Shown: positions 41,792 through 54,268, counted from the whole stretch's first letter. The stretch is 63,521 nt of DNA, filler included, from Octopus bimaculoides (GCF_001194135.2; 4 parts of 4 records of this genome joined end to end with filler, not necessarily neighbours in it), one strand, 5' to 3'. Numbers and translations: made by a program. Notes: a model not told the origin generated them from the sequence alone.

Positions 41792-41891
41792 NNNNNNNNN
41801 NNNNNNNNNNNNNNNNNNNNNNNNNNNNNNNNNNNTTAATTAATTAANNNNNNNNNNNNNNNNNNNNNNNNNNNNNNNNNNNNNNNNNNNN
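41792..41891. other. Assembly join marker (44 N + TTAATTAATTAA + 44 N)
   Basis: Same construct as 12532-12631. Confidence 0.9.
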
Positions 41892-42036
41892 CCATGCATA
41901 TTGCTTGATTGCATGTAACTAGGTCTTTCAAGTATAGAAACTTGTCTTTGCCGCCTGTTCGTAATAGGCCCCGAATATTCAGTAGGAATATGGGTCTGAT
42001 ATCTGTGCAGGGGTTCCTGGTGTTAGCGGTGGCCAT
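41892..42036 (-). pseudogene. Start of LINE ORF2 (apurinic-like endonuclease), truncated by gap
   Basis: MATANTRNPCTDIRPIFLLNIRGLLRTGGKDKFLYLKDLVTCNQAICM. The LLNIRGL...K motif is the first beta-strand of APE/EEP endonucleases of LINE ORF2. Confidence 0.75.
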
Positions 42037-42899
42037 CCCTGATCCATCATCTGTGGTGGTCTTGGATAATGGTTCATGTGGTGTTGACTCTGTACCCTCT
42101 GCATCCACGTTAACTGATGTACCATTTTCTGGGCCATGCTTAAAAAAGCTTGCTCGTCAGCTGCTGCAGTTCGTACAGCCTCTGCATACAGCCTTTTGCT
42201 GGGAGCAGAAGGAATATAAGGACTTCTCTCTTTGTGAGACCTGTTGGTATTCGGTGGATTATGTGTATGTAGGATTAAGCTTTCTGGTCTCCCTTTTCTG
42301 CGCTCCCACTTATTTTGTTTTAAGTGGTTATCTACCTTATTTAGCTGGTGGTGTTTGGGGTGGGCAAATTTGCAGTTTCGCCCCTATTCCCTGTGCCAGC
42401 AGGTACCATTTAGGTAGAATTTACAGATCTGTTTCTTTTTCTGTGTATGACGTGCTTGGGCCTGAAGCCTGTTTGTGTTTGTGTTCACCGTCTTCTTGTC
42501 TGCTCTCCTGTCTCTGTCGCTTGGTGTGGTGCTGTGTTGGCTGTATTCACCATGGCCATTGCAGCCCTCAGCAGTGGCTACAGCACTGGTGGCATTTGCT
42601 TTGTCTCGGTGGTCCGTTTGGTCCTCTTGAGCCTGAGCACAGTGTGCAGGGACTTCACTGTCCTTTTTTGTGTCCGTGTCTCTCATAATGCCTTCTAGGA
42701 GGTCAAGGTGCGGTTTCACGAGCTCGTAGGAGCGAATGAGCTCCAGTTTCTGTCGATCAATTTGAGCCATTGACCTGTGGAAATTGTACCTATCCAGGCT
42801 TTCGGCTATTAGATCATTTTCTGGTGATCCTTTGGCCAGGTTCCATGCTTGTACAAGAAGGCGAACTTCCTCCAGTTGCCAGTTTCGGCGCATCTTCAT
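41979..42899 (-). pseudogene. LINE ORF1: Myb/SANT-like N-terminus, low-complexity linker, CCCH zinc finger, Pro/Gln-rich tail; one in-frame stop
   Basis: Reading through TAG at 42384-42386 keeps the frame open to TGA at 41979-41981. N-terminus RRNWQLEEVRLLVQAW...IAESLDRYNFHRSMAQIDRQKLELIRSY; finger CKFYLNGTCWHRE*GRNCKFAH. It overlaps the APE ORF2 start. Confidence 0.7.
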
Positions 42900-43061
42900 C
42901 TTCTTGTTAGCCTCAACTTGGCGTTGTACAAAGTTTCGTCTGCTGGTATCCGTGGTGCACGATATTTGAGAGAGAGAGGTTATCTTAAAGTATACAGAAA
43001 TAGTACTAGAAAGAAAGAAAAGACTATAAAGAGGGGAGGGATAATACGAAGTAGAGCGAAT

Positions 43062-43082
43062 ACAGAGTGCGTACAGAGTACG

Positions 43083-43119
<37 letters not shown>

Positions 43120-43430
43120 AGATAACTCAAGAGAGAAAACAAACAAAGCAAAACAAGACAAAATGAAAATGAAAAGAAAAACGAAAATATATATATATAT
43201 GTGTGAGCGAATAGAGAGTGCGTACAGAGTACGAGATAGACAGATAGATAGATAGAGAAAGAGAGAGAGAGAGGATGTGATAGGAATAGTGATGTATGAG
43301 AGAGAGAGAGAGAGAGAGAGAGAAGATAACTCATGAGAGAGAAGATAACTCATGAGAGAGAACAAACAAGACAAAATGAAAATGAGAAGAAAAACAAAAA
43401 AAAATGAAAAAACGAAAAAATATATATCAC
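43062..43430. repeat. Imperfect tandem duplication of a 150-220 bp unit, plus a 19-bp internal tandem
   Basis: GAGTGCGTACAGAGTACGAGATAGA...GAAGATAACTCA...ACAAGACAAAATGAAAATGA...AAACGAAAA occurs twice. GAGAGAGAAGATAACTCAT is duplicated in the second unit. Confidence 0.8.
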
Positions 43431-44384
43431 GGAAAACAGAGAAACTAAGAGAGAAAAAGTGAGGGAGAGAAGATGGGATAAGAATAGAGATTTTTGATTA
43501 AGAGGGAAAAAACGAGGTGACTATAAGGGAAATTGAGTGAAAACTTTTAATACTTTAAGTTTTCAGTATGTAAATAAACTAAGATGAACGATTTTATCGT
43601 AAATAAATTTTATCGTAAATAAACAAAAGCAAAAACTATTGTGTGAGAGAAATTACAGTATGTTAACAAAACAAGTGTGAATAAATTATTTTGTCGTAAA
43701 TTTTTAGAAAGAATAAAAATAAAACTTAGAAAGAATAGAGAATAAAACTTAGCTCAAATTTCTATCTTTACATTCTCTCAGCACGTGGTTCCTTCGAAGA
43801 TGGTTGTTCGCTTTGGTTCACTCACATTAATGTGGGTTGTATATATACTATTTTCCTTCTTTTTCAACGGATATAATGCAAGGACCGTCGTTAAACAACA
43901 GGTACCGAGTTTCGTGTCGGTTTCAGCAAATATTTATCTTCGATATGGAAAGATAGCTGTTGGTTGCTTCGGGAGACAGGGAGAAACACGTCTTTACACT
44001 ACGAAACCGGAAGTATATATATATATATATNNNNNNNNNNNNNNNNNNNNNNNNNNNNNNNNNNNNNNNNNNNNNNNNNNNNNNNNNNNNNNNNNNNNNN
44101 NNNNNNNNNNNNNNNNNNNNNNNNNNNNNNNNNNNNNNNNNNNNNNNNNNNNNNNNNNNNNNNNNNNNNNNNNNNNNNNNNNNNNNNNNNNNNNNNNNNN
44201 NNNNNNNNNNNNNNNNNNNNNNNNNNNNNNNNNNNNNNNNNNNNNNNNNNNNNNNNNNNNNNNNNNNNNNNNNNNNNNNNNNNNNNNNNNNNNNNNNNNN
44301 NNNNNNNNNNNNNNNNNNNNNNNNNNNNNNNNNNNNNNNNNNNNNNNNNNNNNNNNNNNNNNATATATATCGAGATACTAAGAA

Positions 44385-45000
44385 GTAAATTTATTCAATG
44401 AAATCGCCATTGGCTTCAACCGCATTTTCCAGACGATTTCTGTATCTCCTGCAAATTTTCTGAATGGTCTCTTTGTGTAAGTTGGTGAAGGCAGCCGGAG
44501 TCTTGTTGATCTCTGGCTCAACACCGCCTCAGACATAGTAATCAAAGCGGTTGCAATCTGGGTAGTTAGGTGGCCAGATGTTTGGCGTTATGTGGTCGTA
44601 GAAATAGTCAGACTCCCTGGACTAGTGTCTCCTGCTTGTGTGGCATGTTACAGAGTTCTCTTACCAGACATAGGGTCTTCCAGCAGCGACCCTCTTGACC
44701 CACAGCAGCACTACTTCTTTAAGGTATTTGATGGAGGCCTCCGTGTTGACACTGAGGCCGTGTGGGAAGCCAAATAGACGCATAACGTTACCATCACAAG
44801 TGATCACTGCAAGCATCTTCGAAATCACCATTAGATTCATCCGTCTCTTTCCGAATCCTCTGCACTGTGAACAGTTTGAGACCCAAATACTATGAAATGT
44901 TCATATTGGACATTCCGGTGCGAATGCCAAGCAGTATCTGGCTGAGTGAATTGCATCATGATGCAGTCTTTGTCATAGATGATACTCAACTGACTCTACT
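44385..45000 (-). mobile_element. Tc1/mariner-superfamily (DD37D/maT-like) transposase relic, internally deleted
   Basis: AVITCDGNVM...FPHGLSVNTEASIKYLKEVVLLWVKRVAAGRPYVW*ENSVTCHTS...HITPNIWPPNYPDCNRFDYYV*G...ICRRYRNRLENAVEANGDFIE. N-terminal LGLKLFTVQRIRKE is joined directly to it. Confidence 0.8.
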
Positions 45001-45634
45001 ATACTGTATACTCGACAAAATCAAAAACAAACAATGCGCATGCACGAAATTAAAAATATAAAATTCCGACAATTTACCCAAGCAATGTTTAGGTATGAGC
45101 AATATTTATGTTAGTTAAAATATGTTCGTGACATTTAAAGTTTTGGAAGCCAAATTCTCAGCAGTTACCCTGGAGAAAATATATATATTATGTTAAAAGT
45201 GCGTGAAGACAGCCGGTTTGTTCATTGTCATTATCTATCAGGAATTCCAGATATCGATGTTTCGACTATTTTGATTCTTGTCAATAGGATGTACCTGAGA
45301 GAGGTAACACTGAACAAACTTATAAATCAATAACGTTAAGTAAAATTCAGTAAACGTTGTCGACCGATTTGCGCTGGTAGTTCAACCGATCAAGGAAAAA
45401 AACAAAATCTTTTTGCCATGAGAGACATATTTTCTCCACGGTAACTGCAGTGAATTTACGTTTTAGCAGTTGAAATATGTCACAAGCATATATTAACTAA
45501 CCTAAATTTTCCTTATCCCAAAACACTGCTTGGTTTTAACATTTCCATATTTTCCTCGATCGCGCGAATAGCAAATCGGTCATTTTATTTCTTATTTCTA
45601 GCAATGTAGTTTCTGAATACCCTAGTCATATTTA

Positions 45635-45641
45635 GCACACA

Positions 45642-45730
<89 letters not shown>
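45635..45730. repeat. (CA)n microsatellite
   Basis: Directly visible. Confidence 0.95.
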
Positions 45731-45733
<3 letters not shown>

Positions 45734-45972
45734 TAGATATGTTCAGCAAAAATTTAGAATCAGATGAATATGATACATAAGTTGAGACACCAGAATTTAG
45801 TAAGGTATTATCCATACAATTTCAACGTAAGGCGATTGCATTGTTCAATTAAAAGGAGTTGCATGAAACGATCGTACTGCATTACCTCTGGATATCCTTG
45901 TTGCTTATTTTGATAGATAGATATAATTATGTCTTCGTGTGTGTGTTTTCCTGTGTGTGTAGGTATAGTTAC

Positions 45973-46500
45973 TAGGTGCGTTCAAAAAGCATCCGACTTT
46001 ATTTTTATCCGCCAAAACTAATGCTGTTTGCGCAAAATATTTTCGGAGAGAGGTGACGCAACCCTTCTTTGCGCTCTGTTGGCTGCAGGCAGTTACGCCA
46101 AGTGTACAGACGTGTGGTGCGTTTCTCGAGTTTATGCTTTCACGCATTCAGCAGTGACAAGTGTTTCACAAACTTGAAATCTGGGACATGGCTTGCGCTG
46201 TCCACTATTTCCAAGCAGAGTTGCTTATGCTGCTCCAACATAGAGCACAAATCCTCCGTTAAAATGGAATGCACTGATCCCGTGCTTTTTCCCACAATAG
46301 TCTTCCATGTCTATTATACTCAATCGGCTTCGCATTTCGTCTTGTTGATTGCCTGCCTGAGTACAACTAAGCTTCTGGCAAAACTTGATGCAATATCACT
46401 GTTCGATGTGTTCGGCTACCTTGCGGAAAATGAAAATCCGACGAGCGCACACTACACGCCTGTATTCTAGATGTAACAACCCTGTGCTGACGCGGACTAC
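45973..46500 (-). mobile_element. Internally deleted mariner element
   Basis: TIR-like TAGGTGCGTTCAAAAAGCATCCGACT at the left end. Minus-strand EHIEQ*YCIKFCQKL and GSVHSILTEDL...EQHKQLCLEI match mariner N-terminal motifs. The second TIR was not found. Confidence 0.7.
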
Positions 46501-48182
46501 CGGCGTGAAAATTTTCAATCATCCTTGAGAGGGATGGTGTAATATCCTGCCCAAAAGATTTTACCTACGCAACAATTGTTGTGGAGGGGAAATTAAAGGC
46601 GAATGTCTGCTCATTTGGATTCTGGTATTCAAAATTAGTGATTGATAACGTAAGTAATATTGTAAATAATATTCTCTGTTGTGCTGTTGCGTTTTCCGAT
46701 TGTTCATTCTAATTTCATTCATGCTGTTCATGAGTATCGCAATTGTTCAAAGGTCCATAGACACAACTATATATCAATCCTCACATTTGATTTGCATACG
46801 CGTATTCTTTTATCGTCTTTGAACTGTACAAAATCTGAAAGCCTTAGGGATTAGCTTAAACTATTTATAAACCAGTTCTTTGCCTTAGTTAGACATTTTC
46901 TAATTTTAATTTGCACTACATTTATGTCATTCTAAATGGTATACAACTATATTTACACGGAAATTGTCGTCGTTTAACTGATGTTAACATAGAAGTATGA
47001 TGCTCACAAATGAGGCAGCCTCGCAGTTTTTCTTGGAGACATTATCGAGTATAACATGGCGAATGTCAGTTCTGATTAGATCATAATACATCAGGAGACA
47101 TAAGATGGATTTACTTTATTTGGAGCACTTCCTTAACAATATGTGAAACCATAGCTGGAAGAAAAATTATACTGCATTGTGTTTTATTAAAATCTATTCT
47201 GACAAAAATAGTAATTGAAAAACTATTCTAGATTTGTGACACACGTATTCGCTATGATCAATTTCTAGAGAATGTAAGAATGAGGATTATATTAAAAGAC
47301 AGTTAGAAAAGTAAGATTGATGTTTCAAAACATTTAAGTGTGATAGACTGAATTTCAGCTGCACAACTCAGCATTATACTCCTCCGTATTGGGTTAATAT
47401 GTGGTCTGATAGCCGGTACACTACCGGAGCTTTCTGTTGGCCACCTTATTCAATGATTCAGTATATTGCACTACAAATATATATATATGTATGTGTGTGT
47501 GTGTATGTGCATGTGGGTGTATGTGTATGCGAGTGTGTGTGCATACATATATANNNNNNNNNNNNNNNNNNNNNNNNNNNNNNNNNNNNNNNNNNNNNNN
47601 NNNNNNNNNNNNNNNNNNNNNNNNNNNNNNNNNNNNNNNNNNNNNNNNNNNNNNNNNNNNNNNNNNNNNNNNNNNNNNNNNNNNNNNNNNNNNNNNNNNN
47701 NNNNNNNNNNNNNNNNNNNNNNNNNNNNNNNNNNNNNNNNNNNNNNNNNNNNNNNNNNNNNNNNNNNNNNNNNNNNNNNNNNNNNNNNNNNNNNNNNNNN
47801 NNNNNNNNNNNNNNNNNNNNNNNNNNNNNNNNNNNNNNNNNNNNNNNNNNNNNNNNNNNNNNNNNNNNNNNNNNNNNNNNNNNNNNNNNNNNNNNNNNNN
47901 NNNNNNNNNNNNNNNNNNNNNNNNNNNNNNNNNNNNNNNNNNNNNNNNNNNNNNNNNNNNNNNNNNNNNNNNNNNNNNNNNNNNNNNNNNNNNNNNNNNN
48001 NNNNNNNNNNNNNNNNNNNNNNNNNNNNNNNNNNNNNNNNNNNNNNNNNNNNNNNNNNNNNNNNNNNNNNNNNNNNNNNNNNNNNNNNNNNNNNNNNNNN
48101 NNNNNNNNNNNNNNNNNNNNNNNNNNNNNNNNNNNNNNNNNNNNNNNNNNNNNNNNNNNNNNNNNNNNNNNNNNNNNNNNNN

Positions 48183-48248
<66 letters not shown>

Positions 48249-49556
48249 TTCCCTTTCTCACCAACTTTCCTCTCCGATGTTTTATCTTCTCTCTGGTGTC
48301 CATCACTATGATGCCCAAATATGTAGCCCATTACAGTATATAAGCTCTACCTATTAATTTGACAGAAATTTCAATGAAGTTATCTGATTAATATGATTAT
48401 ATACGGAAGCAGGTATGAGAATCCTAGAGGTGGAGTTGGAGGGGGGGTGGATTGCCAATGCCAAGGTTTACTTGACAAAACATTTCACCTGGAGATGTGA
48501 AACATGCCCGAGTTCTGAAAGTATGTCAATAAAACTTTGTCCTCACAAGAAACGCAACCATCATCCAATGTTGGACATATTAGATGTCAGTCTGAGTAAG
48601 TCTACTTCATTAATTTTCCGTTTCGCTGCAACGCCAGGCGTGATACTTATCAAGGTTCAGAGAAAATATAAAGCCGATGTTTTCCAGTGCGTATTGAGGC
48701 TAGAGCCCTGTAGAAAAATATGACATTCATTTAAGCTGGTGAATGAACAAGGGGTAAACGAATGAAATTAATGAAGTGTATCACGACATAGATCCAATAA
48801 TTTTTCGTAAAGTTCCTGATTATTAGCAACATCGTTAATATCTAGCAAATGATGCGAAGTGCATTGCGGTGCACATGAAATAGTGCATCTACATTTGAAG
48901 TGCAAATTCGTGTAATATACAGAATAAAATGCGTATACTTAATAAAAATAATAAACTGTTCAATTTCTAGAGCCAAACGCTTATCATTGTCTGAGAAAAT
49001 TACGCGAGGGGTATGTTTGTAGTTTAATGAAACTTGAAACGATCTGGTATCCCAAAAGGTGAATGAAGTAATGCATTGTAAGTTATGATGCAAATAACAC
49101 TCGTTGATTGTAACCGTTTCAATCATCGTTGCCCTTTTGCTTTAAAACTACATCGATGCCGAATAAACTCAGCGGAACATTAGTCCTTGGAAATATTGAA
49201 ACCTTATCCAAGTAATACTTAGAATCTGTCAAGCTTAATAGATATAAAAATTTCACCCATCTGAATGAAATGAGAGAATAAATTGTGACTGTGTAACGCG
49301 CACATAAAGTGATCTTTCCGACCGTAGTTTAGTAAATTTGTTGAACGTATTTACCGTCAACAACATTTTCCGTACGGCACCAAAAAAAAATCTGTATATG
49401 AAGTTATATCGACAATATTATTGCTGCCACGGAGAAATTTGAAGCTTCGAGGAGATTTGGCAAAATTCCGCTATGTATCAATCAGACGCAAGCATTCGAT
49501 CCAAGATATCATCCTGTCTGTTGACTGAATTTTGAATATGAGGGAATTAAAGAATG

Positions 49557-49965
49557 GTCAGGAGTAGTTGTGTGGTAAGAAGCTTGCTTCCAAACCATAA
49601 GGTTCTGTGTTCGGTCCCACTTCGTGACATCTTCAAAGAGTGTCTTCTACTATAGTCTCAGGCTGACCAAAGCATTGTGAGTGCATATGGTAAGCGGAAA
49701 CTGAAAGAAACCTGCCGTATGTATATATCTAGATTTCTATGCATGTGCGTCTTATTGTATTTGTCCTCATACTGTTGTTTGACAATCGATGATGGTGTGA
49801 TTACGTCCTTATAACTTAGGGGTTCGGAAAAAAGCCGATAAGAGAAGTACTAGGTTTACAAACAATAAGACCTGGGGTGATTTCTTCGACTGAAAAACCC
49901 TTTCAGGTGGTGCTCCAGCATGAACGCACTTAAGTGACTTAAAGAAGTAAAAGAATAAAAGAATA
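49557..49965 (+). mobile_element. SINE family A, near full length, older copy
   Basis: A-box-like AGTTGTGTGGTAAGAAGCTTGC, B-box-like GTTCGGTCCC, complete body, AAAAGAATAAAAGAAT tail. Confidence 0.85.
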
Positions 49966-51894
49966 ATATAATGGAAATTGAACGCTAGACAACGACAAGT
50001 TCCTTACAATAAATTATTTTCCGATGCACAGAATGGAGACCGTGCAGCACAAAATATAACACAACGCACTGCTTCTACTGAAGAAACATAATGCATCGGT
50101 ACTAAACGAAAAATAACGGGATTAAGAAGATAGCAGTTCCATGTTCGTGAACAGAAACAGAATATGAACTGTACAAATCAAATTGTAACCTGTATAAATA
50201 TTTCCAAATAAACTGAGTCATATGTAAAGGGAATTTAAAAACAATCGATGAAGCTATCCATCGAAATAACATACGAAATTCATTCTGGGATTTTAAGAAT
50301 AAAATATGTACAATAGGTAAATGGGACAGTGTAATATTAAAGTGATGCAATTGATAATATCCGATGCAAAAATTTCCAATAAATCCGTTCGGCGGCTTAG
50401 AAGTATCAGAAGTTGACGAAAATTTAAAAAATTCATTTACGGTTCGATATAAAGGAAGAGAATATATTTCCGTAAGTTTAATTATGATATGATTATGATT
50501 TGGAAATAAAGACTGTTAACAAAGAAGAATGTATAGATTCAATGTCCTTATTTGTCAAATAACGAAAGAAATAACCCGAGAGAACATCTTCTTAACGCCT
50601 TCCTATGAAGCGGTCAAACTAGGTGTGAAGTTGCTTACTTATAAACTCAAACGTGAAACAAAAGGAGACGTGACTAAAACGCTGTCGACTAGGAAATGTA
50701 GCTTAGCTTCTCGTGTGAGTGTTTCTAAATGAATCACGTGATCGCTACAAGACGCCAATGACGAGTGATAACACAGGAGCTAAGCCGAAAGTTCACTGGT
50801 CATGGATTTATTATTCGTGTGGGCCTATACTAAAACAATATTAAAAATACTATAACAATGTTAAAGCTTAAAAAACAACGATGATTGAATATAAGAGGCG
50901 CAATACAGAAGAAAAGAATTATATTTCGCTGGCTCGTGTAAACATTTCTGAGTTAAATAATTTCTGCTTCAAAGTATAACTAAATGCGCAATTATTTTGA
51001 CCACATGGAGCGTACATTAAATAATTTATATCTCGTCAATTTATATTTTGTTGAGAGATTTTCCTTTAGTATCTATTTATTTCTATGTTTATTTTATTTA
51101 TTTGCTTATTTATTTTGTGGTCTGTTAATGTGAGAAAGGTTTTGTAACTAGGCCTTCGGAAGCCACTCATCATCAGTGAATTTCTACCGTTAATGTGATG
51201 TTTGGACATTTGCAAGTCGACACAGCTGAAAGTTTACGGCTATTATTTATGGTCCTTCGGGCCTTGTGCCTAGAGTAGAAAAGAATATTTATGGTCCTGA
51301 AAGTAATAAGATGTTTTCTATCAATACAAGTTAATCTTTATACGAGAAATTTGGCAAAACATATCAGGTTTCTGAGAAAATATCAGGGACTTTGAAATAA
51401 TTTCAAATATATTACCACATTCCAAACATTTTACACAAGATAATCACTGGTGTCGTCATCATGCTTCTGATATAAAAACGTTTCTATTACTCTCTATTTG
51501 TTTTAATCGAAATACTCGTACATGTTAACTGATTAAAAACCAGAAATGGTTGGCTGCACAAGAATGCAGTCCAAACAATAAAATGGGTCACTTTGTGAAC
51601 TTGCTCCGTATAATCAACACCTATTTATTCCATACGTAAATTTAACATATTTTGCTTCATGTTTTATCAGTAATAAAAATCGTTGCACATGAAAAGTCAC
51701 AGATTTTCTAAGCGCTAAGCTTCATATACATTTTATTACACCCTCACACATACACATACACACACACATGCACACAATAGGCACTTAGGCATATACAGAT
51801 TTATACAAATACATTTATATATATACGTATACACATATATATATATATATAAACACGTAGACATAAATATATATATATATATAAACACGTAGAC

Positions 51895-51947
<53 letters not shown>

Positions 51948-52047
51948 NNNNNNNNNNNNNNNNNNNNNNNNNNNNNNNNNNNNNNNNNNNNTTAATTAAT
52001 TAANNNNNNNNNNNNNNNNNNNNNNNNNNNNNNNNNNNNNNNNNNNN
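51948..52047. other. Assembly join marker (44 N + TTAATTAATTAA + 44 N)
   Basis: Same construct as 12532-12631. Confidence 0.9.
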
Positions 52048-52074
52048 ATTTCAAGGAATATGTTATTGAAATTT

Positions 52075-52445
52075 AGAAACGCTTCTTCAACGATTACTTT
52101 CTTTTGGGTGGAGAAATTCAAAAATCATTTGCAATTATTCGATAAGAGTCTAACCACCCTTCACACATCTGTCAACTTTACGACAGAAACCAGTTATAAT
52201 GACTAATCGTTCTTAGACATTCTCGTAAAATATGTATTTCTATAGTAACAACAGATATATGTTACAAAATAGCAGACACACACTATTATTTAAACTTTTA
52301 CTCTTGCAATACTTCACACAATAAATGAAACATTTATATGGCATGGTAAGACGTATTTGGGCAACTATGGTTGATCCAAAGATACGTTAAACTTGACTTA
52401 ATGAACATAAACCTTTGCTAAATAAAAAGAACTACCCTTAAAATT
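52075..52445 (+). pseudogene. Penelope-like element reverse transcriptase fragment (degenerate)
   Basis: Manual translation across frameshifts: KRFFNDYFLL...SLTTLHTSVNFTTETSYND*SFLDILVK...VTTDICYKIADTHYYLNFYSCNTSHNK*NI YGMVRRIWATMVDPKIR...LNEHKPLLNKKNYP. This matches the PLE pattern RYxDD...LNxLHPSIKFT...PFLDI...TDIYYKPTDTHQYLxFxSCHP...LARRI...NYP. Confidence 0.8.
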
Positions 52446-52559
52446 AACAAACAATAGATTTTAATGAGTAGAAATCAAACCAGAATATCACTAGATATAT
52501 TTTTATTATTAATGATTTTCTCGTTACTAAAATAACTGGAAGAATTCACTTAAACAAAC

Positions 52560-52603
<44 letters not shown>

Positions 52604-52658
52604 CACACACTTTCACGCATACGATTAGACACATACACAAACACACATTTAAAAGCCT

Positions 52659-52730
52659 TTCCAAATAATTCCATAGATTCTATTTTCCAAATAATTCCAT
52701 AGATTCTATTTTCCAAATAATTCCATAGAT
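52659..52730. repeat. 26-bp minisatellite (TTCCAAATAATTCCATAGATTCTATT)n running into a gap of about 790 N
   Basis: About 2.8 perfect units; period 26 checked at 52661, 52687 and 52713. Confidence 0.9.
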
Positions 52731-54141
52731 NNNNNNNNNNNNNNNNNNNNNNNNNNNNNNNNNNNNNNNNNNNNNNNNNNNNNNNNNNNNNNNNNNNNNN
52801 NNNNNNNNNNNNNNNNNNNNNNNNNNNNNNNNNNNNNNNNNNNNNNNNNNNNNNNNNNNNNNNNNNNNNNNNNNNNNNNNNNNNNNNNNNNNNNNNNNNN
52901 NNNNNNNNNNNNNNNNNNNNNNNNNNNNNNNNNNNNNNNNNNNNNNNNNNNNNNNNNNNNNNNNNNNNNNNNNNNNNNNNNNNNNNNNNNNNNNNNNNNN
53001 NNNNNNNNNNNNNNNNNNNNNNNNNNNNNNNNNNNNNNNNNNNNNNNNNNNNNNNNNNNNNNNNNNNNNNNNNNNNNNNNNNNNNNNNNNNNNNNNNNNN
53101 NNNNNNNNNNNNNNNNNNNNNNNNNNNNNNNNNNNNNNNNNNNNNNNNNNNNNNNNNNNNNNNNNNNNNNNNNNNNNNNNNNNNNNNNNNNNNNNNNNNN
53201 NNNNNNNNNNNNNNNNNNNNNNNNNNNNNNNNNNNNNNNNNNNNNNNNNNNNNNNNNNNNNNNNNNNNNNNNNNNNNNNNNNNNNNNNNNNNNNNNNNNN
53301 NNNNNNNNNNNNNNNNNNNNNNNNNNNNNNNNNNNNNNNNNNNNNNNNNNNNNNNNNNNNNNNNNNNNNNNNNNNNNNNNNNNNNNNNNNNNNNNNNNNN
53401 NNNNNNNNNNNNNNNNNNNNNNNNNNNNNNNNNNNNNNNNNNNNNNNNNNNNNNNNNNNNNNNNNNNNNNNNNNNNNNNNNNNNNNNNNNNNNNNNNNNN
53501 NNNNNNNNNNNNNNNNNNNGGTTCTTTTCAACTTACTTCTTTATAAAAGTTATGAATTTCCGATAAGAAATCATTCATGATGAATCCCCGAAAGGGACGA
53601 AGGCACTAAGTAAATAGATTTTTATTCAAATCCTATCCTGACTACCATCTCTTATTAATTTATGAAACCTGCACACCACTTCAAAAGTTTACACACACAC
53701 ACGCACACTCATCTTCACTACATCAAGCGTTACCAACACAACAAACACACCAACACCACCGCCACAGCCAACAACATTATCGAACACATCCCATCGAATG
53801 TGCATTTGGGTATCCAACGTGTTCAGGTAAGTGTGACTGTTCATATTCGTGTGAGACAGCTCGTTTAGTTCCGTGTAGGTGAAGGCATAATATCATTAAT
53901 GATCAGTGTTGATCTCATTGTGTATGTTATTGACCATTGTATAGAGTTGTGATATCTGAAGATACTGGTGACAGTAGCGAGCAGTCCTACTATCAGGGAA
54001 CAGTTCGGAAACCTGCGCTCTGGTTTCACTTCCAGAGACAGTGCTGACATTGTCATTCGTAGGAACTCTGGATTGATATCTTGAGACAGTGCCGACCCCT
54101 GTGGTAATTCTGGAAGCAGTAGATAATATTTCTTCTACTAT

Positions 54142-54268
54142 AAACACAAGGTCTGAAATTTTATAGGAAAGGGCCAGTCGATTATATGAACCCCACTGCT
54201 CAGCTAATACTTGTTTTATTGAGCCTGAAAGGATAAAAGGATAAGTCGGCCTCTATAACATTTGAAGG
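54142..54268 (-). mobile_element. SINE family B, diverged 3' part
   Basis: CACAAGG...GAAATTTT...GGCCAGTCGATTA...ACCCCACTGCTCAGCTAATAC...TGAAAGGATAAAAGG..AAGTCGGCCT. Confidence 0.6.

Noticed and set aside
41909-42688. 259-aa plus-strand ORF
   Set aside because: It is the antisense shadow of the LINE ORF1/ORF2 region, with no recognisable motif.
48415-48723. 102-aa ORF in a GC-richer patch
   Set aside because: No motif recognised. It could be TE debris but cannot be supported.
49557-49630. tRNA-like A/B boxes (also 4384-4410, 7424-7460, 10518-10550)
   Set aside because: They are SINE heads continuing into SINE bodies; no complete cloverleaf is evident.
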